Shown here: piece after piece, positions 43,601 through 51,997 of the stretch | Numbering within the stretch: the stretch's first letter is position 1 | Layout: every line of letters begins with the position of its first letter | Source of the DNA: a phage | DNA: 64,000 nt | Reading direction: 5' to 3' (one strand) | Assembly (NCBI GenBank): GCA_008273105.1 | Contig: GCA_008273105.1_4080.1 | Made by a program: the position numbers and the translations under genes | The notes under the pieces: generated by a model | What the model was told of the DNA's origin: nothing | Databases searched by the model: none | What the model saw: only the letters and a program-made list of their open reading frames with translations

Positions 43601-44657
43601 TGGAGGGCTAGACATATCTACGCCCAAAATCCATCCAGGGTAACTACACCCAAAATCCGTCAGTACTATACCATAGATCTATCTTTTGAAAGGGAGTATT
43701 CAGTACTGCCATCATAGCCCTCACTATGTTACCCTAGGAGGATGAAGACCATCATGTAGTACTGAATACTGTTAGAGGGAATCCACCAGCTTGTGCTGGT
43801 GGCATAATGCTTTAGATTAAAATCAGTACTAATACCATTCTGTTAATATCAGTACTGTTATTACGATTTTCATATGAGGTTCAAAAAGATGTACCACCAC
43901 AGGAGGAACTATCTTTTCTGTACTGTACTGTCTCACGACAGGAGGTAGAGTAAATGAATTGTTCGCAGCAACTCATCTCTCTATGTAGAACATTATACAG
44001 TACTGAATCATAATGTCAATAACTTTCTTTCATCTTTCAGTACTGATATTCTTGAGAACTACCCGACTACAATCATCATTATATCCCACAAATCATAAAC
44101 GTCCCAACGTAAATTTCAACTTTCGAAGATCCAACTTTTATTTCATAGGTACTCCAAAATTTTTAGGATCGAGATTTAGGATGGAGTACTAACCAACTTT
44201 TTGCTGGAGCCTCAAGGGGTAATTGAATTTTACCCCGAAGGGTAAAAGGGTAATTGTAATTAAGGTGAAAGTAATAATTCAGTACTAATCATTGCGTGAT
44301 TACTTTTGATTACATTTGATGTAATTTGCAAAATGGAAAAGGAGCTTGGAAACTAAAAAGTACGGCAGACTTCCTCTGCCTACTTAGTGGCATATCAGTA
44401 CTGAATCATTCACACACATTTCCGTGCATTCTTGAGCAATCTTGTCTATACTAATCAGTACTGAATCATATATAATCATTCTGTGATTCTACGGTGCTCA
44501 TATAAATGTTTATATATGATTACTTATGACTACCTATGATTACGGGGTTTAGCCTGGGGAGAATCCTAGTGATCGCATTTGTCCAGGCTGAATTTTAACA
44601 ATTCGCCTGTACATAAAGGTTGTTCACTAGGAGCTTCCCCTGTCTCTATGTGTTTAA

Positions 44658-44849
44658 TTACTTTCTATATATAAGCATTAAGATATAGTAGTACTGATTA
44701 TACTGTACATTCTCTTTAATATTATAAGGGTCTATAGCAATCTCGGTACATCTGTTAAATGCATATCTATTAAATGCCAGTGGAATTATAGATCTAATCC
44801 ATACTTGTTCATTTTCTTTTAGTTTACTTATATAGAAGTTTTTATACAT
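44658..44849 (-). CDS. family-C small protein
   Basis: ORF 63 aa; MYKNFYISKL ... YYILMLIYRK. Confidence 0.55.
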   Translation of the reverse strand: MYKNFYISKLKENEQVWIRSIIPLAFNRYAFNRCTEIAIDPYNIKENVQYNQYYYILMLIYRK

Positions 44850-44864
44850 AGTATTCTCTATTAA

Positions 44865-45047
44865 TTAATATGATAGTACTAGTGTTAGTACTGAGCACAA
44901 TTGTTCTTTATAGTTCTTATGGTATATAGAATCTTTTATGCACTCATTGAAGTGCCATAGGTATAATCTTGGGTCGCATTCTTTATATATTCTTACGGGG
45001 ACGAATGTTAGTTTTCGTATATAGAATTCTTTATGTTCTTTATTCAT
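44865..45047 (-). CDS. family-C small protein
   Basis: ORF 60 aa; MNKEHKEFYIRKL ... LTLVLSY. Confidence 0.55.
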   Translation of the reverse strand: MNKEHKEFYIRKLTFVPVRIYKECDPRLYLWHFNECIKDSIYHKNYKEQLCSVLTLVLSY

Positions 45048-45048
45048 A

Positions 45049-45237
45049 TTAGTACCTGAATATAAGTAGGATTATGTTATAGTACTGGTTAGTACTGCAA
45101 TGATTCTCTATACATCGATTAACAGTTATGGAATAGCTATATCTGGCGTAAGCATTATCCAGGGGGATTTTACATTGAGCACTTAGAGAAAGTACAGTAG
45201 GTAGTGTATTCAAATAGAAGTCTTTGTAATTATTCAT
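45049..45237 (-). CDS. family-C small protein
   Basis: ORF 62 aa; MNNYKDFYLNTL ... ILLIFRY; 1-nt gap to next gene. Confidence 0.55.
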   Translation of the reverse strand: MNNYKDFYLNTLPTVLSLSAQCKIPLDNAYARYSYSITVNRCIENHCSTNQYYNIILLIFRY

Positions 45238-45439
45238 ACAGGAATAGTATACCTATGATACCTGAGTACAGGTTAGTACTGTTACCATCTTCGTTTGCGT
45301 TTAAAGTCATTTGAATACAATTATTGTAGCATACTCTGCCGAAAAATGTATTAGTACTTAAAGGTGGAGTAGTCCTTAGAAACATTTGTTCTGAGGGGCT
45401 TATGTATTTGGAGTAGAATTCTTTATGTTCTTTATTCAT
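45230..45439 (-). CDS. family-C small protein
   Basis: ORF 69 aa; MNKEHKEFYSKY ... IGILFLYE. Confidence 0.55.
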   Translation of the reverse strand: MNKEHKEFYSKYISPSEQMFLRTTPPLSTNTFFGRVCYNNCIQMTLNANEDGNSTNLYSGIIGILFLYE

Positions 45440-45444
45440 ATTAG

Positions 45445-45630
45445 TTAGTGTCTGTATATAAGTAATAGTAAGAATACGTACTGCACATCTTCATCTTTAG
45501 TATTGAGTACTGTACGTATTGCGTCATTAAACAAGAATATAGTACTTGGGTCATGAGAATTTAAAGGGGTTCTGGGTACGGCACATTTGTAGTTCCCTTT
45601 AACAAATTGTGTGTAGTATTCTCTATGCAT
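45445..45630 (-). CDS. family-C small protein
   Basis: ORF 61 aa; MHREYYTQF ... LLLLIYRH. Confidence 0.55.
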   Translation of the reverse strand: MHREYYTQFVKGNYKCAVPRTPLNSHDPSTIFLFNDAIRTVLNTKDEDVQYVFLLLLIYRH

Positions 45631-45631
45631 A

Positions 45632-45817
45632 TTAGTACCTATATATTAGGGCGATAATGTAGTACAATTCATATGGAATGTAATTTGGGGTGATCGCACA
45701 CTGTGTATGGTAAATGAATTGTTCGGTATTTTTCTTATCCTTGATATCTATTGGGATTAGTGGTATAAGCATTTGGGAGTTTAGATCGAGATGGCTTAAG
45801 TAGAATTCTTTATGCAT
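45632..45817 (-). CDS. family-C small protein
   Basis: ORF 61 aa; MHKEFYLSHL ... IIALIYRY. Confidence 0.55.
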   Translation of the reverse strand: MHKEFYLSHLDLNSQMLIPLIPIDIKDKKNTEQFIYHTQCAITPNYIPYELYYIIALIYRY

Positions 45818-45826
45818 ATTGTTCTT

Positions 45827-46015
45827 TTAGAATACGAAAGCTAGGTACAGGGTATGATACAGTACTCGATGATAGCTGTCAAAATCTAGTATACATGCTT
45901 TAGTGCACATAGTAAAGTACACTTTATCGTTTTGTGCATTGATACCGCGAGGTTTATCTAATAGATTAGTACTGAGGTACATTGGGAAATATTTTGTGTA
46001 GTATTCTTTATGCAT
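45827..46015 (-). CDS. family-C small protein
   Basis: Start set at MHKEYYTKY (family N-terminus); ... HTLYLAFVF. Confidence 0.5.
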   Translation of the reverse strand: MHKEYYTKYFPMYLSTNLLDKPRGINAQNDKVYFTMCTKACILDFDSYHRVLYHTLYLAFVF

Positions 46016-46016
46016 A

Positions 46017-46199
46017 TTAGTACCTGAATATAAGTAGGATAGTGTTATATAGCTGGTCATAACTACTACTATTTTCTATACTTCGTTCTATGCAGTTATT
46101 GAATCCCAGTACTACCAAATCGTTATCCATAGGGACTTTGTATCTGGCGTAGTGTTCAAAAATGCTGGGGAGAAATTGTGTGTAGTATTCTTTGTGCAT
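46017..46199 (-). CDS. family-C small protein
   Basis: ORF 60 aa; MHKEYYTQF ... TILLIFRY. Confidence 0.55.
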   Translation of the reverse strand: MHKEYYTQFLPSIFEHYARYKVPMDNDLVVLGFNNCIERSIENSSSYDQLYNTILLIFRY

Positions 46200-46200
46200 A

Positions 46201-46392
46201 TTAGTACCTATATATTAGTAAAAGGATGTGATACAGTACTCGATTATAGTCTTCAATATATATCGAGGATTTAGTGCACTGAATGAAGTAGTCTTTTTCG
46301 TAGTTTTTTTCTATACCCAATGCAACGTTTGGTACAAGGTGTTGGAGATACATTGGGAGTTTCTCTATGTAGTATTCTTTGTGGTTATTCAT
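46201..46392 (-). CDS. family-C small protein
   Basis: ORF 63 aa; MNNHKEYYIEKL ... ILLLIYRY. Confidence 0.55.
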   Translation of the reverse strand: MNNHKEYYIEKLPMYLQHLVPNVALGIEKNYEKDYFIQCTKSSIYIEDYNRVLYHILLLIYRY

Positions 46393-46393
46393 A

Positions 46394-46576
46394 TTAGTAC
46401 CTGAATGTTAGCATTACTACGTAGTACAGCATATATGGATTATCATCGTATATGAGCGTGTACTTAGTACATTATTGGAACATTATCTTTGCGTGATCTT
46501 TTATGCCTATTGGTTCTGTTGGTATATGGTGCTGGAGATGCATAGGGATTTTATCCCTGTAGTATTCTTTGTGCAT
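46394..46576 (-). pseudogene. family-C member with in-frame TAA nonsense codon
   Basis: MHKEYYRDKIPMHLQHHIPTEPIGIKDHAKIMFQ-stop, same frame continues CTKYTLIYDDNPYMLYYVVMLTFRY-stop giving the family C-terminus. Confidence 0.5.
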
Positions 46577-46586
46577 GTTGTTCTCT

Positions 46587-46769
46587 TTAGTACTTATATA
46601 TTAGGAGTAAAATGTTATAGTACTGGTTCATTGTATCATCATTTTCTATAGCACGTTTTACGCTATTCATGTAGTTAGATCGAGCGGCACGAGTTATGAG
46701 AAGAACTTTGTATGCAGCAAAGTATTTTTGCTGCACGGGTAGTTTAGAGATATAGTATTCTTTATACAT
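46587..46769 (-). CDS. family-C small protein
   Basis: Start set at MYKEYYISKL; ... ILLLIYKY. Confidence 0.5.
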   Translation of the reverse strand: MYKEYYISKLPVQQKYFAAYKVLLITRAARSNYMNSVKRAIENDDTMNQYYNILLLIYKY

Positions 46770-47433
46770 AGTTTGTAATATACGTAATGAGGTGATGCAT
46801 TTTCTTATTAGTACTGATAATTTCCTGTACATGTTTTGTCAGATTGTACGCGTTTTTATAGAGTACTGGATTATCGATTACAGTACTGTACATGAATAGT
46901 TCTTCTTCCTGTAGTTCTTTGTGTTCTAGTTCTTTGAGGAATTGCAGTACTGTATCAGTTTCTTCTGTACGTTGTGCTTGCCAGAAGTGCATATTCTCGT
47001 GTACTTTTTCTGCATCAGTAGAGTATATGCCACCCATTTGGAATTGTGCTGTATTGACATCGTGGGAGGTGTTACAATTCCCGAAGAAGTATGTATTCCC
47101 GAAGTATAGCATTAAAGTGCACGGGGTATTATCCAACTGCATATTGATGATGAAGGATGCGTTCTTTAGTACCTTTGTGCTCGTATTAGTACTCAATACT
47201 TTTAAATCAGTATTATAGATATTCATATAATGAACAGCTATATTATTTTTCTTCATGTACAATTCAAGGTTCTTTGATACGTTAACTCCATTTGTACTGG
47301 ATTTTTCCTTTTTATTTCGTTTCTTTAGTACATTCGGGTGATACGTATATGCAGATGTAACTGATTCTGCCTGAATACTATTGAGGTACTTAAAGTGCTT
47401 AAGGTATTGTTTGCTGTGTGCATTAAGTTTCAT
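46762..47433 (-). CDS. hypothetical protein with family-A-like core, embedded in family-C array
   Basis: ORF 223 aa; contains QEEELFMYSTVIDN resembling the family-A F-Q core. Confidence 0.5.
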   Translation of the reverse strand: MKLNAHSKQYLKHFKYLNSIQAESVTSAYTYHPNVLKKRNKKEKSSTNGVNVSKNLELYMKKNNIAVHYMNIYNTDLKVLSTNTSTKVLKNASFIINMQLDNTPCTLMLYFGNTYFFGNCNTSHDVNTAQFQMGGIYSTDAEKVHENMHFWQAQRTEETDTVLQFLKELEHKELQEEELFMYSTVIDNPVLYKNAYNLTKHVQEIISTNKKMHHLITYITNYV

Positions 47434-47443
47434 TTGGTTTCCT

Positions 47444-47623
47444 TTATATAGATGCCAGGGCGAGGATTTCCCTGTAGGGATTATCTTGTGTTAGTACAGC
47501 ATAAATGCAGCTATTGAGATTAATATTTTTAGTACTTTTTGTTCCTAGTTTGTAGTAATCAACGAATGTGTCGTACATGAAACGGTCTTTAATGCTTATG
47601 TGTTCTCTATAGAATTGTTGCAT
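47444..47623 (-). CDS. family-C small protein (59 aa, below ORF-track cutoff)
   Basis: Manual translation MQQFYREHISIKDRFMYDTF ... YREILALASI. Confidence 0.45.
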   Translation of the reverse strand: MQQFYREHISIKDRFMYDTFVDYYKLGTKSTKNINLNSCIYAVLTQDNPYREILALASI

Positions 47624-47631
47624 AGTATTCC

Positions 47632-47820
47632 TTACATAGAGATGAGTTTCAGTACATCAATATACATATAACGTTCAGATGACTGTACACGGGTAGTGAT
47701 AATCTCAATCGATATGTTTTTAATTAGAGGTGAAGATGATTGATGGTTCTGAATAAATGTGTGGTGCATACTTTGTTCTATGTGGTTTAGTTTATTGAAG
47801 TAGTACTCAAAAGTGTTCAT
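47632..47820 (-). CDS. family-C small protein (subtype 2)
   Basis: ORF 62 aa; MNTFEYYFNKL ... YIDVLKLISM. Confidence 0.55.
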   Translation of the reverse strand: MNTFEYYFNKLNHIEQSMHHTFIQNHQSSSPLIKNISIEIITTRVQSSERYMYIDVLKLISM

Positions 47821-47827
47821 GTCTACC

Positions 47828-48007
47828 TTAGATTGAGATTAGTTTAAGTACTTCTCTGTACGTGTACTTTTCGTTTTGTGCTTCTACTGTACACGAGAGT
47901 AGATAACGTTTTTTATCTCTTTTGTTCCCGACTGTGTAGTACCTTTGGAATTTATTATAGTTGTATCTATCTTTGTGCTGGAGGTTATAGATATAGAATT
48001 CTTGCAT
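47828..48007 (-). CDS. family-C small protein (59 aa, below ORF-track cutoff)
   Basis: Manual translation MQEFYIYNLQHKDRYNYNKFQRYY ... YREVLKLISI. Confidence 0.5.
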   Translation of the reverse strand: MQEFYIYNLQHKDRYNYNKFQRYYTVGNKRDKKRYLLSCTVEAQNEKYTYREVLKLISI

Positions 48008-48015
48008 AGAGTACC

Positions 48016-48201
48016 TTATATTGCTATCAGTTTGAGTACTTCAATATATGTGCGGTACTCTGCTTTAATTAAATTTGTACACACTGTAAGGGAATTTCTT
48101 TGTATAAGTTTATTGCCGCTTTTATACGCATTTCTCCACACATAGAGATGAGATCTTTCAGGCATAGATAGTTTATTGGTATAGTACTCAAATGTATTCA
48201 T
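48016..48201 (-). CDS. family-C small protein (subtype 2)
   Basis: ORF 61 aa; MNTFEYYTNKL ... YIEVLKLIAI. Confidence 0.55.
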   Translation of the reverse strand: MNTFEYYTNKLSMPERSHLYVWRNAYKSGNKLIQRNSLTVCTNLIKAEYRTYIEVLKLIAI

Positions 48202-48209
48202 ATATTACC

Positions 48210-48392
48210 TCAAATAGAGATTAGTTTAAGTACTTCTCTGTATGTGTACTTTTCGTTTTGTGCATCTCTTGTGCTTGTATATAGGTATCCTCGACGATAT
48301 TTGTTGCTCCCGTTCTTGTAGTGGAATTCGAACTTATTGTAGATGAATCTATCGCCAGGCTGTAATTTACTTAAGTACAATTCAATGCTCAT
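48210..48392 (-). CDS. family-C small protein (subtype 2)
   Basis: Start set at MSIELYLSKL; ... YREVLKLISI. Confidence 0.5.
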   Translation of the reverse strand: MSIELYLSKLQPGDRFIYNKFEFHYKNGSNKYRRGYLYTSTRDAQNEKYTYREVLKLISI

Positions 48393-48402
48393 AGTATTCT
48401 CT

Positions 48403-48588
48403 TTACATATCAATAAGTTTCAGTACTGCTCGGTACGTGTACTTAGTTGTCAGTGCTTCTTTAATAGAAATACAGAAGTAATGTTGTTTGTCTCTTATAC
48501 TGCCGCGTTTGTAGTACCACACATGGGAGTTGTGACTGTACTTGTCTCTGTCGGATAGTTGTTGGTAGTAGTAGCTTATATGATTCAT
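48403..48588 (-). CDS. family-C small protein (subtype 2)
   Basis: ORF 61 aa; MNHISYYYQQL ... YRAVLKLIDM. Confidence 0.55.
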   Translation of the reverse strand: MNHISYYYQQLSDRDKYSHNSHVWYYKRGSIRDKQHYFCISIKEALTTKYTYRAVLKLIDM

Positions 48589-48640
48589 TATAATGTAATT
48601 AGCCTTACTATATTAAAGTACTCGGTCCCTGGTGTACCTT

Positions 48641-48835
48641 TTAGAACTTAAAGATGAGGTTCAGGATAGAGCGGTACTTAGTTTCAGGGAACTGATGTTC
48701 TATTGCATAACGTGTCACCATCCTGAAATCGTAATTATAATACAGATTATCCTTTCTCATAGGTGGTGCTAAAGAGAATGATAGCTGTTCTTGTTTGGGT
48801 AGTTTACTACAATAGAAATCTTTATGATTATTCAT
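48641..48835 (-). CDS. family-C small protein
   Basis: ORF 64 aa; MNNHKDFYCSKL ... ILNLIFKF. Confidence 0.55.
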   Translation of the reverse strand: MNNHKDFYCSKLPKQEQLSFSLAPPMRKDNLYYNYDFRMVTRYAIEHQFPETKYRSILNLIFKF

Positions 48836-49037
48836 AGAAATATATTAGTCCTATTAAACCTGAGTACATAATATTTTTGTTATTGCATTCGATTGCTTCT
48901 AGAGTACTACGTATACAATTATTAAAGCAATCTCTACCGAATTGAGTATTGGTACTTACAGGTGATACACTCCTTAGAAACAATTGTTCTTCGTTGCTAA
49001 GGTATTTGGTGTAGAATTCTTTATGTTCAGTATTCAT
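48828..49037 (-). CDS. family-C small protein
   Basis: ORF 69 aa; MNTEHKEFYTKYL ... IGLIYFYE; near-duplicate architecture of 45230..45439. Confidence 0.55.
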   Translation of the reverse strand: MNTEHKEFYTKYLSNEEQLFLRSVSPVSTNTQFGRDCFNNCIRSTLEAIECNNKNIMYSGLIGLIYFYE

Positions 49038-49038
49038 A

Positions 49039-49242
49039 TTAGTACTCGATTAATAGGGTAAGGATGTAATAGTATTGCATACATTCTACCCCTTGTAAAG
49101 CATTTCTTATGTTATTATTCCTGTACGAGTTCAGGAGTTTAGGGCTACGTTTGAGGTGTTTGAAATTAGTTTGTGTATGCAGTAGGCTTTCACGTAGACC
49201 TTTTGTTGGTAGTGCATCGATGTAGTACTGTTCGATATTCAT
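49039..49242 (-). CDS. family-C small protein
   Basis: ORF 67 aa; MNIEQYYIDAL ... ILTLLIEY. Confidence 0.55.
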   Translation of the reverse strand: MNIEQYYIDALPTKGLRESLLHTQTNFKHLKRSPKLLNSYRNNNIRNALQGVECMQYYYILTLLIEY

Positions 49243-49466
49243 ATAGATAGCAGTACTAAGATTTTTGATAATTGTTTATTGCTATCCCCGCAGATGTTGC
49301 TGTGTAAAATACTCACAATGAGGGTATCAATTGCATTGTTCATCATAAGGGTGCATCCTGGACTATTATAATTTTTTAGCTCAATTAGCCACGAACTATC
49401 CGCGAGAAATTCCCCGTACTCTAGTTCATTTAGAGTATTGAGGTAGTACTTAAGAGTATTTGTCAT
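49239..49466 (-). CDS. family-C small protein (first gene of operon)
   Basis: ORF 75 aa; MTNTLKYYLNTL; AAGGAGA SD and sigma70-type promoter upstream. Confidence 0.55.
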   Translation of the reverse strand: MTNTLKYYLNTLNELEYGEFLADSSWLIELKNYNSPGCTLMMNNAIDTLIVSILHSNICGDSNKQLSKILVLLSI

Positions 49467-49491
49467 GTGTAGTTCTCCTTATATTCCTTCT

Positions 49492-49520
49492 ATAGTACAC
49501 CAGTACTGAAAGGATGTCAA
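49492..49520 (-). promoter_or_regulatory. sigma70-type promoter for family-C operon (TTGACA-N17-TACTAT)
   Basis: Minus strand TTGACA tcctttcagtactggtg TACTAT, then AAGGAGA SD and ATG at 49466. Confidence 0.55.
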
Positions 49521-49539
49521 GGGTTTTCTTTATGGGGTA

Positions 49540-49568
49540 AATATGATATAATGAATAAGGAGGGATTT
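49540..49568 (+). promoter_or_regulatory. promoter -10 (TATAAT) and SD of first leader-tagged cassette
   Basis: aaatatgatataatgaataaggaggg then ATG at 49569; no good -35. Confidence 0.5.
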
Positions 49569-50678
49569 ATGTTACCTTTTGGAAGAATGTTAAAGTATGG
49601 GAATGTAGCACCTGTACCCAAAAAAATAAAGAAAGTTATTGCAGGATATGATAATTTATATGTACTATATGGTGATGGATCGCTATATGGTTGTGGAATC
49701 AATAACTATCAACAGTTAAATATTACTGGAACTACTACACAAAATAAATGGGTACTGATTACAAATGGCGTTAATAATGCATGGGCTGGTGGATATAATA
49801 TTTTATATTTTAAAGAAGATAAATTTATAATGCACGGAACTAATGTCTCATTAGGTTTAGGAAATAATACAATTCCACTAGGTGGAGTAGATGTAACTTC
49901 TTCATTTCCAGATATATCTGATATTAAAATGATATCCATTGGTTTTGATTCAATGCACTATGTTAGTGCTGATGGTAAAATTGTATATGGAAGAGGTATG
50001 AACACAAATGGTTCTGTTGGTTCAGGTAGTACTTACTCACAGAGTACTTTTACTTCAGTACTGAATAATGGCACTAATCAGGTTATTGATATATTTGGTA
50101 ACGTTAATAATACAGTGCTTCTAACGTCAAATGGCGAGCTTCGTGCGTGTGGTACAAGTGCTTATGGTTCCATAGGAAATGAAACTGGTAAGTGGACATC
50201 GTTTGGTTTAAAATTATCTGGCACTAAAATAATGGGTGGTAATGCGTATAGTACGCTTGCATATACAAATGCGGGAATGTACCACACAGGGTGGCAGTTA
50301 AATGGGGAACTGGGAAATGGTTTAGATACTAACGTACAGGTATATCCATTTCAATTTAACTCTAAAACAATAGATAGCAAGATAGATAAAATTGCTAAAT
50401 CATCATCTGGGTCATATGTTAATATGTACTCAACAACAGAAGGAAAGATATATACTACAGGTGCATATGGTAAAAACGGCTCAACTACTGCATTGAATTT
50501 GTTCACCAATACACTAACACTTGAAAATTACAATCCAGATGCCGCAGCGTTGTATACGTGCACAAACTTCAGTGTTGTATATGATGGTAATGAAACTATT
50601 GCTGTAAGTGGTAGTCCTACATATGTACCAGGTGACGTTGCCGCAAATAGATGGACCACAATTCCATTACCCAAGTAA
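49569..50678 (+). CDS. MLPF-leader RCC1-like beta-propeller repeat protein 1
   Basis: Start MLPFGRMLKYGN after AAGGAGG; body has repeated G-x-L/V-Y-G-C/R-G-x-N-x-x-G-x-L/V/I-G-x-G units (YGCGINNYQQL, YGRGMNTNGSVGSG, ACGTSAYGSIGN). Confidence 0.75.
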   Translation: MLPFGRMLKYGNVAPVPKKIKKVIAGYDNLYVLYGDGSLYGCGINNYQQLNITGTTTQNKWVLITNGVNNAWAGGYNILYFKEDKFIMHGTNVSLGLGNNTIPLGGVDVTSSFPDISDIKMISIGFDSMHYVSADGKIVYGRGMNTNGSVGSGSTYSQSTFTSVLNNGTNQVIDIFGNVNNTVLLTSNGELRACGTSAYGSIGNETGKWTSFGLKLSGTKIMGGNAYSTLAYTNAGMYHTGWQLNGELGNGLDTNVQVYPFQFNSKTIDSKIDKIAKSSSGSYVNMYSTTEGKIYTTGAYGKNGSTTALNLFTNTLTLENYNPDAAALYTCTNFSVVYDGNETIAVSGSPTYVPGDVAANRWTTIPLPK

Positions 50679-50684
50679 TACGAT

Positions 50685-50714
50685 GCCAGTACTTGATACT
50701 GGCTTTCTTATTTG
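50685..50714 (+). terminator. intrinsic terminator (cassette boundary)
   Basis: gccagta cttga tactggc hairpin + tttcttatttg T-run. Confidence 0.65.
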
Positions 50715-50747
50715 TATTAAATATAGTATAATGATAAAGGAGGAACT
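50715..50747 (+). promoter_or_regulatory. cassette promoter -10 (TATAAT) and SD
   Basis: gtattaaatatagTATAATgataAAGGAGG; weak or absent -35. Confidence 0.5.
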
Positions 50748-51926
50748 ATGTTACCTTTTGGAAGAATGTTGAATTATGGAAATGAAGCACCGGGCGTACC
50801 AACACCAAAAGATTTCTTTTTGGATGTATCATCCGGCAAACCTACTATGTTGATGCTTTTGGATAACGGCGAAGTATGGGGTTGTAGTAATGATGGACAA
50901 CTATTAGGTTTAAACACTACCGCGTCAGCATACGGTAAGCCATACTTTGTTATGGAAAATGTTAAGTTAATGTTCGCGTCAGTGTGGGGGACATTACTTA
51001 TCACTAACGATAATAAAGTGAAGTACACTGGTAGACAAACCATGTTTAATGGTTCATCTAATTATTGGAGTACTTTTCAAGATTTTACAACGAAGTACAC
51101 GACTGTTGGTATTGACATAAGTACTATAGAAAAAGTTGGATTCAATACTGGTACATTATTCCTACGCACAACTAATGGTGATTTATGGGGTCATGGAAAT
51201 AACGCTAATGGTTATTTCGGAAAAGGAAATACCGTGGCGAATTACACACCAACCAAGATCAAGACTAATACATTAGATTTTTGGTTAACTAATGGGAATG
51301 CAATTGTACAAACTGGCCCTAAAGAATTCTATGCTACTGGTGATAATTATTATTATCAAATGGGTGTTACGACTACTGGTAATATAACAACATGGACACA
51401 GATTTTTAAGGACGCTACTGATGATCCTGAGTTTGAATATAATGCAATGCGAACAAGTCAAGCAACATTAATACTTTACGGTAAAGGAACTACATTCTAC
51501 GCAAGTGGGAGAAACTATATGAGTTCATGGGGTGTATCTGGAGCACCAGTGGATGTTAATACTACACTATATAAAGGTACGTTACCATTTGTACCCGGGG
51601 ATTTAACATATTTTTATGCTGGTCGAGAACAAGCATATTGGACTAACTTAATCATTGATACTAATGGAGTTCTGTACATATCTGGAACAAAAGATGGGGG
51701 TGGTGGTTCAAATGCACCTATATTTGAAGTATTACCAACCCCAAGTAGTGCAGTTGGATTCAAATGTGGTACAGCAACACGTTCTTATGCTATAATGGAT
51801 TGTACTGGCAATCAATTTATGTACGCACGTGGTACAGCTTTGTCAGACCCTGCTGGCTTTACACCAATGAGTACACCATTAAATCATACATGGACACACA
51901 TAACAGATTTTAAATTTAACCGATAA
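50748..51926 (+). CDS. MLPF-leader RCC1-like beta-propeller repeat protein 2
   Basis: MLPFGRMLNYGN leader; repeats of WGCSNDGQLLG / WGHGNNANGYFGKG type. Confidence 0.75.
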   Translation: MLPFGRMLNYGNEAPGVPTPKDFFLDVSSGKPTMLMLLDNGEVWGCSNDGQLLGLNTTASAYGKPYFVMENVKLMFASVWGTLLITNDNKVKYTGRQTMFNGSSNYWSTFQDFTTKYTTVGIDISTIEKVGFNTGTLFLRTTNGDLWGHGNNANGYFGKGNTVANYTPTKIKTNTLDFWLTNGNAIVQTGPKEFYATGDNYYYQMGVTTTGNITTWTQIFKDATDDPEFEYNAMRTSQATLILYGKGTTFYASGRNYMSSWGVSGAPVDVNTTLYKGTLPFVPGDLTYFYAGREQAYWTNLIIDTNGVLYISGTKDGGGGSNAPIFEVLPTPSSAVGFKCGTATRSYAIMDCTGNQFMYARGTALSDPAGFTPMSTPLNHTWTHITDFKFNR

Positions 51927-51932
51927 TATTAT

Positions 51933-51966
51933 GCCAGTACTTGATACTGGCATTTCTTTTTGTATT
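51933..51966 (+). terminator. intrinsic terminator (cassette boundary)
   Basis: gccagtacttgatactggc + atttctttttgtatt. Confidence 0.65.
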
Positions 51967-51997
51967 AAATATAATATAATGAATAAAGGAGGGAAAT
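51967..51997 (+). promoter_or_regulatory. cassette promoter -10 and SD
   Basis: aaatataatataatgaataAAGGAGGG. Confidence 0.5.

Noticed and set aside
43400-44650. Possible tRNA genes in the non-coding hub
   Set aside because: No segment with a T-arm-like GTTCGA/GTTCAA...TCC motif plus acceptor-stem complementarity was found by eye; hairpins are simple stem-loops. A tRNA scan would be needed to exclude them fully.
50700-50735. T4-type middle (MotA box) or late (TATAAATA) promoter assignment for the cassette promoters
   Set aside because: The upstream GGCTTTC is only a partial MotA-box match with the wrong spacing, and the -10 reads TATAATGA rather than TATAAATA, so only a '-10 without -35' call is made.
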